Source: Dehalococcoidia bacterium
GTDB lineage: Bacteria > Chloroflexota > Dehalococcoidia > Lucifugimonadales > UBA3495
Assembly: GCA_965262595.1 (NCBI GenBank)
Contig: OZ253548.1
Span: 1,051,740 to 1,115,739, forward strand
DNA length: 64,000 bases
Direction: 5' to 3'
The notes beneath the pieces are model-generated. The model worked only from the letters and a program-made list of their open reading frames with translations. It searched no databases and had not been told where the DNA came from. How positions within the stretch are numbered: the first letter of the stretch is position 1; each line of letters starts with the position of its first letter. The position numbers and the translations under genes were made by a program. Shown here piece by piece: positions 54,412-63,222 of the stretch.

Positions 54412-55236
54412 GTGGCTTTTCAGTGCATCATCTACGAAAAGAAAGATGCCATAGGATACCTGACGTTGAATCGTCCGGAGCGGCTGAACGCGTTGAACGC
54501 TACGTTGCTGGCCGAGTTTCGGGAGGTGATGGAGGTAGTAGAGGCGGACCCGGACGTTAGAGTGGTCATACTTACCGGAGCCGGTAGGGCGTTTTCGGCG
54601 GGCTTCGACATCAACCGGGAACCCGGGGATTCCGATCCCCAGGAGCTGCAACCCGACCAGTGGCGAACCCAACTGAAAAGCCACATTGACACATTTATGA
54701 TGGTTTGGAACCTGAGTAAGCCGGTAATCGCGGCGGTTAACGGCTATGCCCTGGCCGGGGCCTGCGAGCTGGTCCAGATTTGCGACATTAAAATCGCCTC
54801 GGACCGAGCGGTTATGGGAGAACCGGAGATTCGAGCCGGAGTGGGGCCGCCCCTGCTGATAACACCCTTCAGCGTCAACCTGGCCACCGCCAAGGAACTG
54901 CTGCTGACCGGAGATACTATCGACGCCCAGGAAGCCGCCCGCATTGGCCTGGTCAGCCGGGTGGTACCCCACAATGATTTGTTGCAAGAATGTGAGCGCA
55001 TCGCCCGAAAGATTGCCCTTATTTCCGAGGTGGGAGTGAAGATGACCAAGATTGCGGTGAACCGGGCACTCGAAGGTATGGGTTTCCTGACCGCAATCCA
55101 GCACAACCTGGAGCTAATGACCCACTTCGACACCAGCGCTACGCCGGAGCAAACCGAGTTCAACTCTATTCGACAGGAACGGGGACTGCGCGCCGCATTA
55201 GACTGGCGCGACGCCCGTTTCCGTGAACTCCAATAG
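54412..55236 (+). CDS. Enoyl-CoA hydratase/isomerase (crotonase) family protein
   Basis: …LNRPERLNAL…, VVILTGAGRAFSAGFD and AAVNGYALAGACEL. GTG start. Confidence 0.85.
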   Translation: MAFQCIIYEKKDAIGYLTLNRPERLNALNATLLAEFREVMEVVEADPDVRVVILTGAGRAFSAGFDINREPGDSDPQELQPDQWRTQLKSHIDTFMMVWNLSKPVIAAVNGYALAGACELVQICDIKIASDRAVMGEPEIRAGVGPPLLITPFSVNLATAKELLLTGDTIDAQEAARIGLVSRVVPHNDLLQECERIARKIALISEVGVKMTKIAVNRALEGMGFLTAIQHNLELMTHFDTSATPEQTEFNSIRQERGLRAALDWRDARFRELQ

Positions 55237-55378
55237 CCGCCCATAGCCGCCAATGGCCGCCAATAGAGCGAGCGAAGCCATCCCCAACCGTGAAGCGCCC
55301 TTTCCGCCATTGGCCCCATGACCGATAGGCAATTGCAGTACTTCTCCAAAGTTCCTATCCGGCAATCGGCATAGGAGT

Positions 55379-56527
55379 TTAGCTCAAGATAGATATAAAC
55401 ACGCCGGCGACTACCGCCGAGCCGATTACCCCGGCCACGTTGGGCCCCATGGCATGAGGCAGCAGGAAATTGCGCGGGTTGGCCTCTTGGCCCAGGATAT
55501 GCGACGTACGGGCCGCCATCGGCACCGCCGACACCCCTGCCGAGCCAATTAGAGGATTCACTTTGTCCTTGACAAACAGATTCATCAGTTTGGCGGAAAG
55601 TAAGCCTCCGATGGTACCGCAGGAAAAAGCGACGATACCCAAGGCCAATATCGCCAGGGTTTGCACATCAAACACCCGCTCCGCCGACAATTCGGCCCCA
55701 ATGGTTATCATCAAGAAAATGGTAGCGATATTCAAGATTTCGTTGGAAGCGGCGTTGCTCAGCCGCGGCACGACGCCGCTCTCCCGGAACAGGTTGCCAA
55801 TCATAAACATGGCGATGAGCGGAGCCGACTCCGGTACAAACAGAATGATAATCAGCATCGCCCCGATCGGGAACAACAGCTTTTCCAGCTTGGACACTTC
55901 CCGCGGCGTCTTCATCTCTATCTGCCGCTCCCGGCTGGTGGTGAGCAGTCGCATTAGGGGCGGCTGCACAAACACGACGCTAGCCATGTAGGAGTATGCC
56001 ACCACGGCGGTTATGCCCAGCAATTCCGGGGCCAGCTTGGCCGAGGCAAAGATGGTAGTCGGACCATCTGCGCCGCCAATGATGCCGATTGCGCCGGCTT
56101 CTTTCAGGGTAAACATATCCGGCGAGGTGAAGAAACCAATTGCCAGCGCCAACCAAAAGGCGACGAAAATACCCAGTTGCGCCGCCGCCCCCAAAAGCAT
56201 GGTCTTGGGATTGGCGATGATCGGGCCAAAGTCGGTCAGCGCACCCAGTCCCAAGAAAATGAGCGGCGGAAGAATGTTCCAGGAAGACAAGGTAAAGTGA
56301 AAAATGATTCCGAAGATTCCGGAGGATTGCAATTCACCGGAGCTATTGAAGTCCACCAACCCGGTGCCCGGCAAATTCCCCAGGATGATGCCCAACCCGA
56401 TGGGCAACAGGACATAGGGCTCCATGCCCTTGCCGATGGCCACCAGGATAAACGCTCCCCCCAGGAGGAACAGCACAATGTTGCCCCAGCTCAAATTGGC
56501 GAAGCCCGATTCTAATAAAAACTCCAT
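55379..56527 (-). CDS. oadB: Na+-translocating decarboxylase beta subunit (OadB/GcdB/MmdB family)
   Basis: Collinear with my recollection of Klebsiella OadB: GALTDFGP, LLGAAAQLGIF, IGIIGGADGPT, GNLFRESGV, NPLIGSAGVSAVPMAAR and HAMGPNVAGVIGSA. Confidence 0.9.
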   Translation of the reverse strand: MEFLLESGFANLSWGNIVLFLLGGAFILVAIGKGMEPYVLLPIGLGIILGNLPGTGLVDFNSSGELQSSGIFGIIFHFTLSSWNILPPLIFLGLGALTDFGPIIANPKTMLLGAAAQLGIFVAFWLALAIGFFTSPDMFTLKEAGAIGIIGGADGPTTIFASAKLAPELLGITAVVAYSYMASVVFVQPPLMRLLTTSRERQIEMKTPREVSKLEKLLFPIGAMLIIILFVPESAPLIAMFMIGNLFRESGVVPRLSNAASNEILNIATIFLMITIGAELSAERVFDVQTLAILALGIVAFSCGTIGGLLSAKLMNLFVKDKVNPLIGSAGVSAVPMAARTSHILGQEANPRNFLLPHAMGPNVAGVIGSAVVAGVFISILS

Positions 56528-56696
56528 TGGTTATTATGTAAACCTGTCCTCTTACGCCGGGTCTTTCACTTTGCTTCTAAAAACCACTTATGATGAGACG
56601 GTCGAATTACGGATCGGTCCTTCGACAAGCTCATGGTAACCGGAACTAGGTCCTGGCTTCGGCTTATCAAGGACTCGGCCCTCTAATGCCGTTGAT

Positions 56697-57092
56697 TTAC
56701 CGATCGCGTTCTCGAAGCCGCCGAGCGTCAAAGGCTACTATTCGTCCCTGGCCCTTCCAGCCCTCGCCTTCGGCCGCCGCTGCTTCCGAAGCATACTGGT
56801 CTGCCCCGGTCCACTCCCGCCGCTCCAGTTCAGCGGCCAGAGCGATGGCTGTAGCTATAGCTGCCGCCAGTTGCCGGTCCAAGGCCGGAGCAGCATCCGA
56901 CGCCTGCTCCTCGACCGCAATGGATCCAGTCGCAGCCACAGCGTTTTCCGCAGTCGCCACCGACCGTCTTCGCAAATGCCCCAACAAGCCCAGCAGCAGG
57001 GTGAAAACAATCAATGACCCCAGCACGATAAAGGCGGCGCCAAACCCTACGTAGGTCAGCAAAACGGCACGGTTCAGGTCAAAATCGATCAT
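56697..57092 (-). CDS. OadG-like small membrane subunit with an Ala-rich C-terminal extension
   Basis: N-terminal single TM helix (VGFGAAFIVLGSLIVFTLLLGLLG), directly upstream of the beta subunit. Confidence 0.5.
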   Translation of the reverse strand: MIDFDLNRAVLLTYVGFGAAFIVLGSLIVFTLLLGLLGHLRRRSVATAENAVAATGSIAVEEQASDAAPALDRQLAAAIATAIALAAELERREWTGADQYASEAAAAEGEGWKGQGRIVAFDARRLRERDR

Positions 57093-57331
57093 GAAAAGCT
57101 AACCTCAGGTTATCTGGTCAGTTGCCACAGATGCAGGTACGCCGCGGCTATTCCGTCCCCTTACCAAATCCACAGGTCTTCGGCTCATTCACAAACAAAT
57201 CACGAAAGACTCCAGGGACCGAACGATTGTAACATAAGGGATTATTCCGTTAGGCTGATTACCGAATCCAGTTTTACGCCGGCGGAGGAGTTAGGCTATA
57301 TTGGGGCCAACTGACCGCAGGAGGTTAAATC

Positions 57332-57862
57332 TTGTCTCGTAACGAAGAATCCCGCACCGAGGAATCCCGCACCGAGGAATCCGGCGGAACATCCCGCATT
57401 GAAACCCGGCTGGCTCAACTGGGCTTTTCGCTCCCCCAACCGCCCGAGCCGGCGGGAAACTATCTGCCGGCAACCCGTAGCGGCAACATAATGTGGTTAG
57501 CCGGAGTCGGATCTCGCTTCGACGACGGATCTCGCATCTCCGGTAAACTGGGAGCCGACCTGACCGTGGAGCAGGGGTACGAAGCCGCCCGCCGCTGCGC
57601 CCTGAACCTGCTGGCCCGGATGAAGGTGGAACTGGGCGGCCTGGACCGGGTAAGCCGGATTTTGAAGGTAGTTGGATTTGTCAACAGCGCACCGGACTTT
57701 GGCGGGCAGGCTCAGGTGGTTGACGGGGCCTCGGACCTGTTCGTTGATTTGTTCGGCGAAGCGGGCCGCCACAGCCGCTCGGCCCCCGGTATGGCCGCGC
57801 TCCCCGGCAACATCGCGGTCATCGTCGAGTGCGTGGTAGAGGTGGCCGGTGACGGCGAATAG
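57332..57862 (+). CDS. RidA/YjgF family protein with an N-terminal (EESRT)n extension
   Basis: The core …GNYLPATRSGNIMWLAGV… and …ALPGNIAVIVECVVEV is typical RidA. TTG start 7 nt after GGAGG. Confidence 0.75.
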   Translation: MSRNEESRTEESRTEESGGTSRIETRLAQLGFSLPQPPEPAGNYLPATRSGNIMWLAGVGSRFDDGSRISGKLGADLTVEQGYEAARRCALNLLARMKVELGGLDRVSRILKVVGFVNSAPDFGGQAQVVDGASDLFVDLFGEAGRHSRSAPGMAALPGNIAVIVECVVEVAGDGE

Positions 57863-58106
57863 AAGTCAGCCACCGCAACTTCGACCGCCTCCTCGTTATC
57901 CGCCGCCAGCCCGAATCAGTTTAGACAACTTGGGGAGAGCTGTTTTCCTGGGCGAACAACCCGGGCAGCCATCCGGTTAGCTGCCCGGCCTTTTTTCTGT
58001 TAATGGCAACCGACTGCTTTAAGTAGGGTCTCTTCTCACCCGTAGCACCATAACGGTTGAATTAGCGGCCCAAGTCCCCAATGCACCGGGGCACCGGTGC
58101 AATTTG

Positions 58107-59003
58107 CTAACCGCCTCTCTTTACCTCTATGTCGGCCAACTGCTCCACAAAGTGCAAGATAGCGGAATGGTCGGCCTCCTGGTCGCCCTGGTTAACCAAT
58201 GAACCCAGCATTTGCTGTACCAATGCAGTCGCGGGCAGAGGCACATTAAGCTCCTGAGCCGTCTGCAGCACATTGCGCAAATCCTTTTGGTGCAGCCGAA
58301 TCCTGAAACCGGCCCGGAAGTTGCGGTCCAGCATCATGGGAGCCTTGGCTTCCATCACTGCGCTGCCGGCCAACCCACCCCGGATGGCCTGAAACACTCT
58401 TTCCGGGTCAACGCCGGCCTTTTGGGCCAACACCAAAGCCTCGCTGAGGGCTTCGATATTCAGGGCCACAATAATCTGGTTGGCCAGCTTGGTGGTGTTT
58501 CCGGCCCCAATCTCCCCGGTGAGGGCTACGTTGGCGCCCATAATATTCAACAGATCCAGGCAACCGTTAAATACATCCTCCTTGCCGCCCACCATGATAG
58601 CCAGGGTGCCGTTGATTGCGCCCGGCTCGCCTCCGCTAACCGGCGCATCCAGCATCTCGACGCCTTTCTCAGCACACTCCGCCGCAATTTTTTGAGACAT
58701 AATCGGCGATATGGAGCTCATGTCGATTACTACCGAACCCGGGCGCGCCCCTTCCAGCACGCCGCCGGGGCCTAGAATTGCCCGCTCCGAGTCGGCGGAG
58801 TCGGGAAGCATCGTAATAATCTTGTCAGTAAGCGAAGCAACTTCCATACAGGAAGACGCCGCCCTGGCTCCTTCCGTAGCCAGTTCTTCCACCGGCTCGC
58901 CCACAATGTCATAGACCGTCAGGGAATAACCCGCGGTCATCAAGTTGCGAGCCATCGGCTTCCCCATAATCCCCAGTCCGATAAATCCTATCTGCTCTGC
59001 CAT
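58107..59003 (-). CDS. NAD(P)-dependent 3-hydroxyacid dehydrogenase (2-hydroxy-3-oxopropionate reductase/HIBADH family)
   Basis: IGFIGLGIMGKPMARNL Rossmann motif and DAPVSGG. Start moved to the ATG at 59003. Confidence 0.85.
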   Translation of the reverse strand: MAEQIGFIGLGIMGKPMARNLMTAGYSLTVYDIVGEPVEELATEGARAASSCMEVASLTDKIITMLPDSADSERAILGPGGVLEGARPGSVVIDMSSISPIMSQKIAAECAEKGVEMLDAPVSGGEPGAINGTLAIMVGGKEDVFNGCLDLLNIMGANVALTGEIGAGNTTKLANQIIVALNIEALSEALVLAQKAGVDPERVFQAIRGGLAGSAVMEAKAPMMLDRNFRAGFRIRLHQKDLRNVLQTAQELNVPLPATALVQQMLGSLVNQGDQEADHSAILHFVEQLADIEVKRGG

Positions 59004-59324
59004 AATCCATCTCCCTAAAAGTGCCTCAAAAGGTGGTGAAAACCAAGCGATTCGGCGATTGCCACTGTACCACACAAAGCACGGCGGCAAAAGTGGAACA
59101 CCGCCGGATTCCGGTGACCGTTTCAATCCAGCAAAATCATGGCCTCTCAATAACTCTTTCGCCGCCCTGATACCAGGCAACGCACCGCCGGGGGTAGGGG
59201 CAACTTAAGCGTTTACCCTGGGCTTCCTGGAAATTTTGAGCCGATTTTCTAATACTCCGGCGCTGTTGTGTTGCGCCGTTGTTGGGCGTACTATGTCGGC
59301 TGACACTTACAGCTAGGTGCGTTT

Positions 59325-60299
59325 ATGGCCGACTCGCGAAAGGCACTGGTCACCGGCGGAGCCGGGTTTATTGGTTCCCACGTGGTAAACCGTTTGTTAT
59401 CCGAAGGTTACCAAGTAGCCGTTATTGACGATTTGAGCGCCGGCAAGCTGCGAAATCTGAATCCGGCGGCTACCTTTCACCATTCCGACATCACCCGAGA
59501 GTCGGTTATGGACATTTTCCAGCGGGAGCAGCCGGACTTGGTCTTTCATCTGGCCGCACGGGTAAGTGTTGCCAGCTCTACGAAGGATCCGGTGGATGAT
59601 GCCGAAGTAAATGTCATTGGCACCCTCCGGCTCCTGGATGCTTCTCGCCGTTTGGGTATTGATAAGTTCATTTTTTCATCCACCGGCGGCGCAATCTACG
59701 GCAATCCGGAAGACAAACTTTGTACCGAGGATAGTCCCCCCGGCCCCATATCTCCATACGGCTTGTCGAAGTGTCTGGCCGAGCAGTACGTTGAGCTATT
59801 TCACCGATTGTACCGGCTGAACTACACTATTCTGCGCTACGGAAACGTTTACGGCCCCCGCCAGGACCCGCACGGGGAGGCCGGCGTAATCGCCATTTTT
59901 GCCCAAACGATGTTGGAGGGCAGGCAGACGCTAATTTTTGGCGATGGGGATCAGGAGCGAGACTTTATCTACGTGGCCGACGTGGTGGAATCCAACATCC
60001 AGGCGATTAACCGGGGCGATAACCGGACTTATAACATTGGGACCGGTAAGGGAGTCAGTATCAATCACATCTTTGAATCCCTGAAAAGCTGCCTGCACTA
60101 CCGATGGGAACCTGAGCATCGGCCTCGCCGTCCCGGAGAAGTCCATAAAATTAGTTTGGAATGCTCCAGAGCCTTGCAAGAATTGGGGTGGCGCCCCCAA
60201 ACCAGTTTGGAAGAGGGCTTGCAACACACGGTAGAATATTTCCGGGAACATGAAGAACCCGGTTCACAAGCAACTAGCGGCTCAACAACCCGGCGCTAG
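59325..60299 (+). CDS. NAD-dependent epimerase/dehydratase (GalE-like SDR)
   Basis: VTGGAGFIGSHV and the YGLSK catalytic motif. Confidence 0.85.
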   Translation: MADSRKALVTGGAGFIGSHVVNRLLSEGYQVAVIDDLSAGKLRNLNPAATFHHSDITRESVMDIFQREQPDLVFHLAARVSVASSTKDPVDDAEVNVIGTLRLLDASRRLGIDKFIFSSTGGAIYGNPEDKLCTEDSPPGPISPYGLSKCLAEQYVELFHRLYRLNYTILRYGNVYGPRQDPHGEAGVIAIFAQTMLEGRQTLIFGDGDQERDFIYVADVVESNIQAINRGDNRTYNIGTGKGVSINHIFESLKSCLHYRWEPEHRPRRPGEVHKISLECSRALQELGWRPQTSLEEGLQHTVEYFREHEEPGSQATSGSTTRR

Positions 60300-60332
60300 C
60301 ATTAACCTACATTCAGGAGGAATACGCAACAA

Positions 60333-61253
60333 ATGGAAGCAGAGTACGATGCCATCATTCTGGGCGCCGGCGCCGCCGGTCTCTCCGCCGGTCTTTACAC
60401 CACTCGCGCGATGATGAAGACCGTGATTCTGGAATCTATCGGGTCGGGCGGGCAGTTGCTGATTACCGATGAAATCGAGAACTATCCCGGATTTCCTAAA
60501 GGAGTCAAGGGACAGGAACTAGCCCTAATGATGGAGGAACAGACCATCAGATTCGGGGCTACCATAGAGTTTGCCGAGGTTGAGGGCGTTGATGACCTGG
60601 ATAAACCCGTAAAGGTCATCCACACCTATGAAAAAGACTACACCGCCAAGAGCGTGATCATTGCCACCGGCGGGTCGCACAACAAGCTGGGGACGCCTGG
60701 CGAGGATGAATACGCCGGACGCGGCGTGTCCTACTGTGCCGTGTGTGACGGCAATTTCTTCCGCGGCCAGGACGTGGTGGTAGTCGGCGGCGGTGACGCC
60801 GCGATGGACGAAAGTTTCTACCTCAGCGGAATCGTCAACTCCGTAACGATTATCCACCGCCGCGACGAGCTGCGCGCCACCAGGGTACTCCAGGAGCGGG
60901 CCTTCGCCAGCCCCAAGTTCAAGTGGCTGATGAGCCATGTGGTGGAAGAGTTTGCGGGCAATGAGGCCCTGGAAGTTGCCCGGGTAAAGGACCTGAAGTC
61001 CGGCGAAGTCTATGATTATCCCGCCGCCGCCGCCTTCATCTACGTCGGCTTTCACCCCAACACCGAGTACTTGAAGGGGTTGCTGGATATGGACGCCCTG
61101 GGCCACCTATACACCGACATCCATATGCGAACCAAGGCCCCCGGGGTTTACGCCTGCGGCGACGCCCGCGCCGACTCCACGCGCCAGTTGGGGGCAGCCG
61201 TCGGCGATGGCATTACCGCCGCTTTGGCCGCCTATCACGACCTGAGCGGCTAG
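60333..61253 (+). CDS. trxB: Thioredoxin-disulfide reductase
   Basis: ILGAGAAG, the redox-active CAVCDG, GGGDAAMDE and CGDA. Confidence 0.95.
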   Translation: MEAEYDAIILGAGAAGLSAGLYTTRAMMKTVILESIGSGGQLLITDEIENYPGFPKGVKGQELALMMEEQTIRFGATIEFAEVEGVDDLDKPVKVIHTYEKDYTAKSVIIATGGSHNKLGTPGEDEYAGRGVSYCAVCDGNFFRGQDVVVVGGGDAAMDESFYLSGIVNSVTIIHRRDELRATRVLQERAFASPKFKWLMSHVVEEFAGNEALEVARVKDLKSGEVYDYPAAAAFIYVGFHPNTEYLKGLLDMDALGHLYTDIHMRTKAPGVYACGDARADSTRQLGAAVGDGITAALAAYHDLSG

Positions 61254-61326
61254 CTAAACTTCAGATAACACTCCTTTCCCTACTGCGCTCTGTGCCATCC
61301 TGGAGAATTGGACCGTCGGGGAAAGC

Positions 61327-61369
61327 AACACCGGGTAAGGCAAGTGCTCACCCGGTGTTTTTTGTTTTG
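61327..61369 (+). terminator. Intrinsic terminator after trxB
   Basis: Perfect 10-bp stem AACACCGGGT/ACCCGGTGTT followed by TTTTTTGTTTT. Confidence 0.75.
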
Positions 61370-61401
61370 TGAGAAGTCAGCCGCCGCCTCAAATGATCAG
61401 G

Positions 61402-62151
61402 CTATCCGCCAACTGCCTTGGAGACCTCTTGCCCCAACAGGACCAGACTTCCGGTTATTATGACCGCGATGGAAGCATACCGAAACACGCCCTCGTTCAT
61501 CCGGCGAGCCAGCAGCGCCCCCAGACCGAAGCCGACGACCAGGGCGGGCAGGAGCAGGCCGATGTTGACCAGCGTGTCTCGCCCAACCAAACCGATCAGA
61601 GCATAGAGGGCGAAGGCGACGATGTAGGTGGCGATGAAAAAGAAAGCCAACGCGGCCCGCATCTGCTCTCTGGGCCATTCTTGAGCCATGATATAGGCGG
61701 CCGCCAGGGGCCCGCCGATGCTCAAAGTGGTTATCGAAAGGGAAGTGAGAAAGCCGACCAGCAACCCGGTCCCCGTCCGCTTCGCCATCGGCAATTGAAT
61801 CCGCAACAGGTTGAGAACCCCAAGGCAAAGGATGGCTAGCCCGATGGTTATCCTCAAAAAGGTGGGGTTGGCCAACTCCAACGCCAGCACACCCAGGGGA
61901 GCCGCAATCATGCCCGCAAGCGCCATTCGCCACAGCATACGCCAGTTCAAATGACGACGAGTGCTCAGCAGGACGAAGAACAGCAGAATAGGGATGATGG
62001 CGTTTACCGTGACCACCGCGTCCTTGGGGGCCAGAAACAGTAACAGCACCGGGGCCACCACCAGACCCATTCCAAAGCTTACCGTGCCCATGATGGTGGC
62101 GCCCACCGCCACGGCAACCAGGGCGATTAGCAACTCGGGCCCGGTAAGCAA
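61402..62151 (-). CDS. TauE/SafE family sulfite/anion exporter
   Basis: 249 aa, about 8 TM helices, Gly-rich TM motifs typical of the TauE family. Confidence 0.75.
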   Translation of the reverse strand: MLTGPELLIALVAVAVGATIMGTVSFGMGLVVAPVLLLFLAPKDAVVTVNAIIPILLFFVLLSTRRHLNWRMLWRMALAGMIAAPLGVLALELANPTFLRITIGLAILCLGVLNLLRIQLPMAKRTGTGLLVGFLTSLSITTLSIGGPLAAAYIMAQEWPREQMRAALAFFFIATYIVAFALYALIGLVGRDTLVNIGLLLPALVVGFGLGALLARRMNEGVFRYASIAVIITGSLVLLGQEVSKAVGG

Positions 62152-62226
62152 TGGCTTCTCCTGGGGTTCCCTGGTTGACCGTTCAATCCGGTTGCAATAC
62201 CGGGTCCGAATCGACGCCGAAGTTAA

Positions 62227-63171
62227 TCAGTCCCCGACTCTAAAACCGGCGTCGGGTTTCCAAAAGTCGAGCAGGTATTCAAAAGTTGTGCCCATGGTGA
62301 TGTAATTAGAGGGCCAGCCAAAAATTCCCACCCGGTTTACAATGTTGGTGCGGTCCCAAATAATGGTGTTCCGTAGCTCGTAGCCGACCGAGCGCATGGC
62401 CTCAATAACGGCCAAATGTAACGTGATGCGCCTATTTTCCAGCCACACATCAGGCACATCTATTACACAGTGTCCCCGTTCCTTGAGCAATGGGAGCAGC
62501 CCGCCATAAATCTCCGCTACGGCCTGTTGGTAGTTGTCCAGCGAAAGCGTGCCCAGGTCTCTTTCGTCCTGACTGTATTGCTCCGTCTTGAGGTACTGCC
62601 CGTTTTTTCTCTCGGCGCCGCGGCGGCTCTTGTTCAACCGCGGGCGGTTAAGCAGATTGGAGTAGGGAGGCGAAGTCATTATCAGACTCACCGACTCCGA
62701 TTCCAGATAGTCATCAATGTTCCGGGCGTCCTCGCACGCCGCCAGTTGCTTGGTCTCCTTCGTGGATAATTGCTCCAACCTGGCCTGGCACAATTCCACA
62801 TACTCTTGCTTCAGGTCGAAACCGGCGGCGTTACGGTTCAAATCATGAGCCGCTATGAGGCTGGTTCCACTGCCTACGAAGGGGTCGAGAACCAGTTCTC
62901 CCTCGTGAGTGAACAGGGAAATAAACTTGCTGGCCAGGGAGATGGGAAAAGCAGCCGGATGTGCATTCTTGTCTCTAACGTCTCTGGACTCATAGGCAAA
63001 CTGCCAGACTCCCACCTGCGCCTTCATCCATTCCTTGGCCGATAAACAGTTAATATGACCTGGGCCGCAGGAACATAGCCTTTCGTATCCCAGTCCAAGA
63101 GCTTTGGTACGCGGTTCAGCTACCAGGGTGCCATCAAGCCCGACACTGCTGGTCATAGTTTTGGTCAACAT
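62227..63171 (-). CDS. Orphan N4/N6 DNA methyltransferase with permuted motif order
   Basis: HPAAFP…VLDPFVGSGTS (AdoMet-binding half) lies N-terminal to SLIMTSPPY (catalytic motif IV) and …NTIIWDR. G+C is lower than in neighbouring genes. Confidence 0.8.
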   Translation of the reverse strand: MLTKTMTSSVGLDGTLVAEPRTKALGLGYERLCSCGPGHINCLSAKEWMKAQVGVWQFAYESRDVRDKNAHPAAFPISLASKFISLFTHEGELVLDPFVGSGTSLIAAHDLNRNAAGFDLKQEYVELCQARLEQLSTKETKQLAACEDARNIDDYLESESVSLIMTSPPYSNLLNRPRLNKSRRGAERKNGQYLKTEQYSQDERDLGTLSLDNYQQAVAEIYGGLLPLLKERGHCVIDVPDVWLENRRITLHLAVIEAMRSVGYELRNTIIWDRTNIVNRVGIFGWPSNYITMGTTFEYLLDFWKPDAGFRVGD

Positions 63172-63222
63172 TCTACCCCTCCCCGCACTAATGTATTGCC
63201 CTTTTGACCCAGGGCAATCAAC

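Noticed and set aside
62152-63222. A restriction endonuclease partner for the methyltransferase.
   Set aside because: The gaps on both sides are only about 50-75 nt, and the flanking ORFs are a TauE exporter and an NAD-kinase-fold protein. No additional ORF is available.
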